64,000 nt of DNA from positions 64,001 through 128,000 of IMG/VR virus record IMGVR_UViG_3300029288_000071, one strand, 5' to 3'. The translations under genes were made by a program, and so were the position numbers. Each line of letters begins with the position of its first letter. The stretch's first letter is position 1. This stretch comes from a virus. Its lineage: Duplodnaviria; Caudoviricetes. The notes under the pieces were generated by a model, which worked only from the letters and a program-made list of their open reading frames with translations, did not search any database and was not told the origin of the DNA. This document shows positions 8,340 through 14,482 of the stretch, one piece after another.

Positions 8340-8410
8340 AGCTCTATCTCGGTTACGCTCCGAATTTTGATCCTTACCAAAGATCTGTTCTGCTATTAAA
8401 CTAATAGAGC
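8340..8410 (-). tRNA. tRNA-Thr(GGT), non-canonical T loop
   Basis: GATCT-TTGGTAA-GGATC; T loop AGCGTAA. Confidence 0.75.
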
Positions 8411-8414
8411 ATTG

Positions 8415-8488
8415 TGCTCATTAAAGGATTTAAACCTTTGGTCTCTGTCTTGTTAGGGCAGCGCTTTCATCAGCTAAGCTAAATGAGC
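8415..8488 (-). tRNA. tRNA-Val(AAC)
   Basis: CTGCC-CTAACAA-GACAG; D loop GA with T loop TTTAAAT. Confidence 0.75.
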
Positions 8489-8492
8489 AGTT

Positions 8493-8568
8493 TGGAGCGG
8501 GAAACGGGGCTTAAACCCGTGACCTCATGCTTGGCAAGCACGTGTTCTATCAACTGAACTATTCCCGC
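8493..8568 (-). tRNA. tRNA-Gly(GCC), encoded CCA
   Basis: GCGGGAA acceptor; CGTGC-TTGCCAA-GCATG. Confidence 0.85.
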
Positions 8569-8770
8569 AATAAATTTTTACAACAACTCCAGAAGTAATT
8601 TTACTGCTACTATCAATAAAGCATCCAGGTTCAACTTCATAACCCATTTTTTTCATCATTTCATTAATCTTGAATTCTTCACTAGTAAGATTTTTTATAT
8701 ACCAAACTGATTGATTCTTACTAATAGTTTCAAATTCATGTTCTTTAAAATTTGCTGAAGTATCTTCCAT
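8525..8770 (-). CDS. Small protein with internal MMKKMGY module
   Basis: KINEMMKKMGYEV. Confidence 0.55.
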   Translation of the reverse strand: MEDTSANFKEHEFETISKNQSVWYIKNLTSEEFKINEMMKKMGYEVEPGCFIDSSSKITSGVVVKIYCGNSSVDRTRACQA

Positions 8771-8812
8771 GGCTTAATCTAAAACATTTAATTGATTTTG
8801 TAAATAAAAATC

Positions 8813-8837
8813 TGGTGCATCTACTGAGAGTCGAACT
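8813..8837 (-). pseudogene. Orphan tRNA 3' fragment
   Basis: AGTTCGACTCTCAGTAGATGCACCA directly after tRNA-Lys(CTT). Confidence 0.6.
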
Positions 8838-8838
8838 G

Positions 8839-8910
8839 TGGATCCAAAAGGTACCGCCCCTTTTTCTGTAGTTTAAGAGACTACTGCATCACTGTTAATG
8901 CTTTGGATCC
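8839..8910 (-). tRNA. tRNA-Lys(CTT), non-canonical T loop
   Basis: GTAGT-CTCTTAA-ACTAC; T loop GGCGGTA. Confidence 0.8.
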
Positions 8911-8946
8911 TTTTTGCTTCATTTAAACAGTCTCTAATTTTTTAAG

Positions 8947-9029
8947 TGCGTATGGAAGGATTCGAACCTCCAATGTCCCTAAGGAGTCTGCTCTACAGGC
9001 AGGTGGGCCACCAGTTGCCCAACATACGC
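8947..9029 (-). tRNA. tRNA-Tyr(GTA)
   Basis: CTGC-CTGTAGA-GCAG; long variable arm. Confidence 0.8.
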
Positions 9030-9112
9030 ATATATGTCCACAATCTGATTTTGTTTCGTCATCATACCATTTAATTTGATCACATATTTCACATCTTATT
9101 AATTTTATCATG

Positions 9113-9192
9113 TGATCTCGAGGCGATTCGAACGCCTAATTGCAGCTCCAATTACGATTACTAGTTTCGAAGACTAGCTCGGCTACGAGACC
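9113..9192 (-). tRNA. tRNA-Arg(TCG) with rearranged D region
   Basis: GGTCTCG TA GCCGAG CTAGT-CTTCGAA-ACTAG, then TAATCGTAATTGGAGCTGC before a canonical T arm. Confidence 0.7.
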
Positions 9193-9196
9193 AAAG

Positions 9197-9280
9197 TGGC
9201 AGAGATGAGACTTTAACTCATATTGCTCAAGACTTATCTAGAAAGTTACTTAAGTGTTTTTTCTGTTAAACTACCCTGCA
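9197..9280 (-). tRNA. Atypical tRNA-like gene with elongated anticodon arm
   Basis: Acceptor GCAGGG/CTCTGC; D arm GTTT/AAAC; CTTAAG-TA-ACTT-TCTAGAT-AAGT-CTTGAG; T loop TTAAAGT. Confidence 0.5.
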
Positions 9281-9475
9281 TTTTAATAAATGGTTGCTTT
9301 AACATCATCAAAAGATGATCAAAAGTTATATGAGAAAAAGACATCCAACTATTTGATTTATCAAACGCAATACCATAAATTTTTCTTTTTGGAATTGAAC
9401 AAATTCCAGTACTTCTTAATAGATGCATTCCTAAAAGTTTGCTTATTGAGAATTTCTCTTTTTCTTTTTTCATAG

Positions 9476-9549
9476 TACACTCAAAGGGATTTGAACCCTT
9501 AACCACCAGTTTCGTAGACTGATGCTCTATCCAGTTGAGCTATGAGTGC
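9476..9549 (-). tRNA. tRNA-Arg(ACG)
   Basis: TCAGT-CTACGAA-ACTGG. Confidence 0.9.
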
Positions 9550-9550
9550 G

Positions 9551-9622
9551 CTGCTAAAAAAGGATTTGAACCTTTGACTCTTCTTTCAGAGAGAAGTGTT
9601 TTACCAATTAGACTATTTAGCA
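9551..9622 (-). tRNA. tRNA-Gln(CTG)
   Basis: CTTCT-CTCTGAA-AGAAG; U1-A72, G73. Confidence 0.85.
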
Positions 9623-9909
9623 ATTTTTTCTTTATAACCCATTTGATTCATGATATTTTTTATCTGTTGATCTGTTTCATATTCTTCAGAAAAAGTTATT
9701 GAATCAGGAGATACCCAAATAACATGACCAATTTTAAAATATGAATCTCTGTGTTTTTGTATAAGTTCAATGAGAATTTTTTGTTTTTGAAGGATATTAT
9801 TCTTTCGATAATCACGAACTTCTAAAATTTTCCAAAGACCAATTTCATCTCCTGAGTTACTAGGAATGTCATTAACAGTAGCACCAACATGTAATTGTTC
9901 ATATTTCAT
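9613..9909 (-). CDS. Small beta-rich protein with IMNQMGY module
   Basis: QIKNIMNQMGY. Confidence 0.6.
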   Translation of the reverse strand: MKYEQLHVGATVNDIPSNSGDEIGLWKILEVRDYRKNNILQKQKILIELIQKHRDSYFKIGHVIWVSPDSITFSEEYETDQQIKNIMNQMGYKEKIAK

Positions 9910-9915
9910 AACTTG

Positions 9916-9988
9916 CGGTACTGAAGGGAGTCGAACCCTCTCCGATCTCCGTGACAGGGAGCCATCTTAGCCGTTTGACCTCAATACC
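9916..9988 (-). tRNA. tRNA-Asp(GTC)
   Basis: CTCC-CTGTCAC-GGAG. Confidence 0.85.
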
Positions 9989-9991
9989 ATT

Positions 9992-10258
9992 TTAAATTTG
10001 ATAACCCATTTTTAACATTAATCTATTTATATCGTCACTTTTTATTTTTTCTTCTTCAATAAAATATTTTGCCCAATCTGATAGTTGATGAGAATCTTTA
10101 TCTTCATCAATTAATTCTATTTCTTTTTTATTACTATGATCTTTATATCCTGTTCTACCTTTCCAAACTTTATAGAATTTTCCTTTAATGAAACTTGGAT
10201 GATTTTCTGTATCCATAGTCAATGTTTTTGTACAATAAAATAATTTATCTTTCATCAT
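9992..10258 (-). CDS. Small SH3-like protein with LMLKMGY module
   Basis: FIKGKFYKV; DINRLMLKMGY. Confidence 0.6.
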   Translation of the reverse strand: MMKDKLFYCTKTLTMDTENHPSFIKGKFYKVWKGRTGYKDHSNKKEIELIDEDKDSHQLSDWAKYFIEEEKIKSDDINRLMLKMGYQI

Positions 10259-10547
10259 ATCCTATTTTTTTCATTAAAACTTTTGTATATAAATCAATAT
10301 CATCAGTTTTCAATAATGTGAAACAATTCCATTCAAAACAACAATAAGGAAATTCTTTTATTTCAACAAGCTTATCAGCATAAATTCGCTGAATAGTATA
10401 AGTTTCTCCAATTTTTATTATTTTATGTATTTCTGTGATTATGCTATAACAAAACTTATTTTCTGTACAAACAACTGTATCTCCTTCTTTATAAGGAATT
10501 TTTAGATTAGCAAATTTGATTCTGAATGTTAATTTATCATCATTCAT
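10245..10547 (-). CDS. Small SH3-like protein with LMKKIGY module
   Basis: YKEGDTVVC...IGETYTI; TKVLMKKIGY. Confidence 0.6.
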   Translation of the reverse strand: MNDDKLTFRIKFANLKIPYKEGDTVVCTENKFCYSIITEIHKIIKIGETYTIQRIYADKLVEIKEFPYCCFEWNCFTLLKTDDIDLYTKVLMKKIGYDER

Positions 10548-10552
10548 AGAAG

Positions 10553-10625
10553 AGCTCTTACTCGGAGTCGAACCGAGAATCTATCTTTACGAAAGATAAA
10601 GTTTGGCCAATTAACTTATAAGAGC
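10553..10625 (-). tRNA. tRNA-Thr(CGT)
   Basis: TATCT-TTCGTAA-AGATA. Confidence 0.85.
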
Positions 10626-10630
10626 ATTTC

Positions 10631-10744
10631 GCAGAAGTAATAAAATTCATTGTGGTTTTACCTGCGCTCCTATTGACCAAACCAATGTATTTTATTCAAT
10701 AATTCTGGATAAGCGCATTACCCATAATTAAATTTTACTTCTGC
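10631..10744 (-). ncRNA. Rod-like structured RNA candidate
   Basis: Closing stem GCAGAAGTAA/TTACTTCTGC; inner GCGCTT/GAGCGC. Confidence 0.5.
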
Positions 10745-10752
10745 AAAATTAT

Positions 10753-12657
10753 TTATACTAAAATATTTAAGATACTATCTTTTTCCAAAGTTTCTGGAGA
10801 TAAGTCAATATCACATTTTTTATCTGCTTTATCAACTAAAACTGCTCCAGCTTTTTCTAAGATTTCTCTTAAAGTAATACTGTTACTATAGAAATTAATC
10901 ATATACTTTCTTGCTTTTTCAGTATAATCATTATTTCTAGAAGTAATAGTATTACCAATACTTGACTTCATCAAATAAAACTTATTCTCTGTAGGTTCTG
11001 TTACTAACAAACCTAAGATTTTTTGTTTTTCTTCGATTTTAAGTTTAACTGTAGAAATGATGTTGTTTGGATTTACCATATAATTCTTTGGTAAATTCAC
11101 TTGTTTTTCACTAGCTACAATTAACTTAAACGGAACTGGAATTTGTTCACTAAAGTTGAAGTAGTTAAGCATTAACATGAAGATATTGCTTTTTTGCTTC
11201 TTAATATAAAACAATTCTGAAGCTCCATTAGCAGCATCTGTCATATCACCAGAAAATAAGATACTAGCACCTTCATTACTACCACCACGGCCGTATCTAT
11301 ATTCTCCATCCCATCCAATTTTAACCAATCCAACTAAAGACAAATCTAAGTCTATTCGGTTGCGGTTAACATTTTCCCAGTAAACACCAATTACTAAATC
11401 TTTTGGAACTGTAATAAATGTTCCTTCTGGAAAATTATCAATAAACATCTTTTCAGTTGCTGGTAAAGCATACTCAGTGTTTTTAGGCAAGAATATCTTT
11501 TTACCATCTACTTTTACTTTGATGCTATCAGCAATAGAATCTAAAACAATGTTATAGATTTTTTCAGCTAACTTTTGGTTTTTGAAGCCGAAATCAGTTG
11601 CATAACTTTTTCCATTTCGAATCTTGTATAAAATAGAATCCAATTCATCTTTTGTTCTGAATTTCAAAGCATAAGCTAATCGGATTTTTCTGAAAATGTT
11701 TACTCGACTTAATTCAACTTTTAACTTTTCTTCGTCTATTTTGTTTTTCTTGACATAAGAAGTTACATTGTTCAAGAAATCTTCAGGCATTGGCTTATGA
11801 TATTTAACAGCCAATTTTCTGATTTTGTTAATAGCAGCTTTCAACCCTTTATTAGTTCTGAAAGCTAAAAACAAAGGTTTAAATCTCAAGAAAATTTCAG
11901 CTAATTTTTCTAAGCCGTATTTCTTTGAGTATTTATTAAACAAATTCAAAGCAGCAAGATTGTCTTTGCTTTTGATTTCTGCAATAAGAGCTTTGTTTTT
12001 AATTAACAAAGTTCGATTTGTTGATTTATAAATTATGTATCTCAAGAATTCAATTGGATGTTCAGGAACAACATCAAAATAATCAAAGAAAGCAATTCTT
12101 ACTTCTTTGTTTTTGATATCATTGATTTCTTTTTCATCTATATTAATAATAGAAGTGCTTATGTCTAAGATATCTCTTTTAGAATCTTCACTTAAAGCAA
12201 TTCCACTTTTCAAGATATTCAAAACTTTTTCTTTGATCTCTTCTTTAGTATAGCCTTTGATTACAGTTAACTTGATTTTGTCAAGTTTGATCTTAGGAAT
12301 CTTCAAAGCTTCATCAGGAATATAAACTGTTTTTTCGTCATATATTCCTAATTGTTCAAATCCATAAGTAGTAATGTAATGAACAATTTGTTCAATTACT
12401 AATTGCTCGATAGAAGAATCTTTAATTTTTTTCCAAGACTTATGGAAAGAACTATTTATCTCTTCTGGTGATATACCAACTTCTGATTTTATTGAATCAG
12501 CAATTTTTATCAATTCAGCTTCAGAATAATTGTAAATTACTTCTGGTGAAAAGATAAAACCAAGTTCAACAGTTTTGTTTAATAAAGCTTTTGGATATTT
12601 CTTTTTGCCGTTTTCTTGAATTAAAACAGCTCTAAACAAACGAATTAATGATAACAT
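10753..12657 (-). CDS. Large helical protein with C-terminal TerD-like domain
   Basis: RIDLDLS...IGWDG...FSGDMTDA..GASELFYI; start MLSLIR after AAGGA. Confidence 0.7.
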   Translation of the reverse strand: MLSLIRLFRAVLIQENGKKKYPKALLNKTVELGFIFSPEVIYNYSEAELIKIADSIKSEVGISPEEINSSFHKSWKKIKDSSIEQLVIEQIVHYITTYGFEQLGIYDEKTVYIPDEALKIPKIKLDKIKLTVIKGYTKEEIKEKVLNILKSGIALSEDSKRDILDISTSIINIDEKEINDIKNKEVRIAFFDYFDVVPEHPIEFLRYIIYKSTNRTLLIKNKALIAEIKSKDNLAALNLFNKYSKKYGLEKLAEIFLRFKPLFLAFRTNKGLKAAINKIRKLAVKYHKPMPEDFLNNVTSYVKKNKIDEEKLKVELSRVNIFRKIRLAYALKFRTKDELDSILYKIRNGKSYATDFGFKNQKLAEKIYNIVLDSIADSIKVKVDGKKIFLPKNTEYALPATEKMFIDNFPEGTFITVPKDLVIGVYWENVNRNRIDLDLSLVGLVKIGWDGEYRYGRGGSNEGASILFSGDMTDAANGASELFYIKKQKSNIFMLMLNYFNFSEQIPVPFKLIVASEKQVNLPKNYMVNPNNIISTVKLKIEEKQKILGLLVTEPTENKFYLMKSSIGNTITSRNNDYTEKARKYMINFYSNSITLREILEKAGAVLVDKADKKCDIDLSPETLEKDSILNILV

Positions 12658-12681
12658 ATTAGTGGATCCTTTCAATTAAAA

Positions 12682-12764
12682 TTTATAAGCGAGAAGTAAT
12701 TACCGTCTGCCCAGGGGCAGACTAGGAGTTGAACCTAGTTATTAGGAACTTCTTTTGCCTATAA
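12682..12764 (-). ncRNA. Repeat ncRNA copy 1, with T arm and closed acceptor-like hairpin
   Basis: GGC-AAA-AGAAGT-TCCTAAT...CTAGG-TTCAACT-CCTAG, TCTGCC-CCTG-GGCAGA, CGGTAA...ACTTCT-C-GCT. Confidence 0.7.
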
Positions 12765-12770
12765 AAAGTT

Positions 12771-12823
12771 TTAGACGGAGAGTAATTGCCTTCAAATGAT
12801 TATTAGGAACTCTCTATGTCTAA
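12771..12823 (-). ncRNA. Repeat ncRNA copy 2
   Basis: TTAGAC-ATA-GAGAGT-TCCTAAT...ACTCTC-C-GTCTAA; compensatory changes. Confidence 0.7.
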
Positions 12824-12832
12824 TTAAAATTC

Positions 12833-12891
12833 GAAGACGAGAAGTATTTTCTTTCATGTAAGGAATTTTATTAGGAACTTCTTATGTCTTC
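12833..12891 (-). ncRNA. Repeat ncRNA copy 3
   Basis: GAAGAC-ATA-AGAAGT-TCCTAAT...ACTTCT-C-GTCTTC. Confidence 0.7.
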
Positions 12892-12907
12892 TTTAAAAAA
12901 ACGGTTC

Positions 12908-12994
12908 GTATTGTTGAGATTTTCACTCAATCACTTTTTCAAGTGTTTAAGCACAGCTGGGATTTCTCCAACAGCTAACATTTCGTGCTAATAC
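12908..12994 (-). ncRNA. Four-way-junction RNA candidate
   Basis: GTATT/AATAC closing stem; two GAAA-capped hairpins; T-arm-like TTGAG-TGAAAAT-CTCAA. Confidence 0.5.
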
Positions 12995-12997
12995 AGG

Positions 12998-13071
12998 TGG
13001 ACCCAAAGGGAGTCGAACCCTCAACTATGCGGTGCAAGCGCATCGTTTTCCCAATTGGCTACTATGGGCCC
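12998..13071 (-). tRNA. tRNA-Ala(TGC)
   Basis: G3:U70; ATGCG-CTTGCAC-CGCAT. Confidence 0.85.
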
Positions 13072-13637
13072 CATTTCAATTTCAAGTATTCTTGAACTTT
13101 ATCAAAAACTTCTTTTTTGTATTTTGAATGAATATAACCATGATGATTTCTGCATAATGGAACTAGATTTTCAGGTCTATTGTCATTGTGAATTAAATTT
13201 ATGTGATGTGCACAAACCATTTTTTCTTCAGGACATATAATACATTTTTTGCCATGATGCTTAAAACAAATTGTTCTATAACTAAATGTTGATTTAGTTC
13301 CATTTTTCTTAAAATTTTCGGCTCTTACAAGGGCTCCAACTTTATTGGAGCATTTTCTAGAACAATAATACTTTTCTTTTTTTGGAAATTCTTTTTCATA
13401 TTCTTCAACATCAAATTTACATTTACAAATTTCACAAACAACTTTAAATATTTTTTTCTTTCCTTTTATTCTTTCAGTTCTAGCAATATTTCCTTTTGCT
13501 AATTTTTCTCTAGTTTGTTGGGAAATAAAAATTCTGTTCTTATTTGAAGAACATCTATTTTGATGATAAGAAATTCCAGTTTTTGTTGTAAAAATTTTTC
13601 TATTACAAAATTTACATATTTGATTTTCTTTTTCCAT
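13062..13637 (-). CDS. HNH homing endonuclease with Zn fingers
   Basis: CIIC...AHHINLIHNDNRPENLVPLCRNHH; YYCSRKC. Confidence 0.85.
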   Translation of the reverse strand: MEKENQICKFCNRKIFTTKTGISYHQNRCSSNKNRIFISQQTREKLAKGNIARTERIKGKKKIFKVVCEICKCKFDVEEYEKEFPKKEKYYCSRKCSNKVGALVRAENFKKNGTKSTFSYRTICFKHHGKKCIICPEEKMVCAHHINLIHNDNRPENLVPLCRNHHGYIHSKYKKEVFDKVQEYLKLKWGP

Positions 13638-13651
13638 GATGATAAATATCA

Positions 13652-13701
13652 TGGAGACCGAGTTAAAATTGTACTTTCGCCCCCACGGCACATGTGAGCC
13701 C
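13652..13701 (-). pseudogene. Broken tRNA remnant (Ala-type 5' half)
   Basis: GGGCTCACATGTGCCGTGGGGGCGA parallels the 5' half of tRNA-Trp; GGGCTCA can pair with the tRNA-Ala 3' strand. Confidence 0.45.
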
Positions 13702-13714
13702 ATATTATATTTGT

Positions 13715-13743
13715 AATCTAATACTTAATTGTGTTAAAGTAAA
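13715..13743 (-). promoter_or_regulatory. Promoter TTTACT-N17-TAGATT
   Basis: Matches the repeated consensus. Confidence 0.6.
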
Positions 13744-13750
13744 CAAAATG

Positions 13751-13835
13751 CTCAACCGGTAGGATTCGAACCTACGATGTCTTTTGGACGACGGCTTAAC
13801 AGGCCGCTGTGGTACCGGGCTCCACGCACGGTTGA
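13751..13835 (-). tRNA. tRNA-Asn(GTT) with long variable arm
   Basis: GCGGC-CTGTTAA-GCCGT; variable arm GTC-CAAAA-GAC. Confidence 0.8.
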
Positions 13836-13844
13836 ATGATAAAT

Positions 13845-13925
13845 GCGGCTAACTGCAAAAAGTATTTACTGTTTCCATCCGGTAACCGGCCCTAGTGTCT
13901 GCTTTTTGGTTAATTCCAATGCCGC
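13845..13925 (-). ncRNA. Hairpin RNA, weakly SRP-domain-IV-like
   Basis: GCGGC/GCCGC, AAAAAG/CTTTTT, ACT-AGGG-CC...GG-AAAC-AGT. Confidence 0.35.
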
Positions 13926-14031
13926 TATGTCAATGAACTTGAGAAGTAAATGAGACTCGAACTCAAAATAACTACCTAGTACTTCTAAAAATTAAAACTG
14001 ATTATAAAAATGTGTAAAGATTAAAAAATTT

Positions 14032-14169
14032 TTAGCGTGATGCTAAGTTCGGTTGATAACTATGCTTTCGTTCCGATTTGGCTGAAGTAAGCACGTTATC
14101 TGATGTAGTCCCGAGTATATTATCAGGTCTAATCGTATTGGGGCAATATGTAAAGCGTAGAGTTTTCAT
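14032..14169 (-). CDS. 45-aa leader-peptide-like ORF
   Basis: MKTLRFTYCPNTIRPDNILGTTSDNVLTSAKSERKHSYQPNLASR; GC-richer than its flanks. Confidence 0.4.
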   Translation of the reverse strand: MKTLRFTYCPNTIRPDNILGTTSDNVLTSAKSERKHSYQPNLASR

Positions 14170-14185
14170 TTTTATTTTTTAAAAT

Positions 14186-14253
14186 TTAGACGAGAAGTAT
14201 TTTCTGGTAGCCGCTGATGGCGGCTTGATTTAATAGGAACTTCTTATGTCTAA
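14186..14253 (-). ncRNA. Repeat ncRNA copy 4
   Basis: TTAGAC-ATA-AGAAGT-TCCTATT...AGCCGC hairpin...ACTTCT-C-GTCTAA; about 30 nt downstream of a promoter. Confidence 0.7.
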
Positions 14254-14283
14254 GTAAAAATAATAAATAATTTAACTAGTTAT

Positions 14284-14312
14284 AATATAATACATTCAAA
14301 GTTAAAAGTAAA
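14284..14312 (-). promoter_or_regulatory. Promoter TTTACT-N17-TATATT
   Basis: Matches the repeated consensus. Confidence 0.7.
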
Positions 14313-14340
14313 CGACTTTTTCAACTTTTTTTACTTTTTG

Positions 14341-14413
14341 TTGCAGGTATAGGAATCGAACCTATGTACCTGGGTTATGAGCCCAGCGGGGAGCCACTCC
14401 ATCGTAACCCGCA
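14341..14413 (-). tRNA. Initiator-type tRNA-Met(CAT)
   Basis: CTGGG-CTCATAA-CCCAG with three G-C pairs. Confidence 0.8.
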
Positions 14414-14482
14414 ATGTAAAAATAAATATCTTTGAAATTCCAAAACAAGTAACAACTGCTAAAAAATTAATCAGCTGTATGA

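Noticed and set aside
1413-10547. MGY module as a DNA recombination site, or as a G-patch or UBA domain
   Set aside because: Synonymous variation argues against a DNA site; the G-patch GxGLG and the remaining UBA helices are absent
12682-12891. Repeats as a CRISPR array
   Set aside because: Units are self-complementary with internal variable parts, uneven lengths and compensatory changes; no cas genes in the window
2028-13703. ORF-track starts at 2276, 4924, 7118, 7946, 9506 and 13703
   Set aside because: These extensions run through tRNA sequence; downstream ATGs are more plausible
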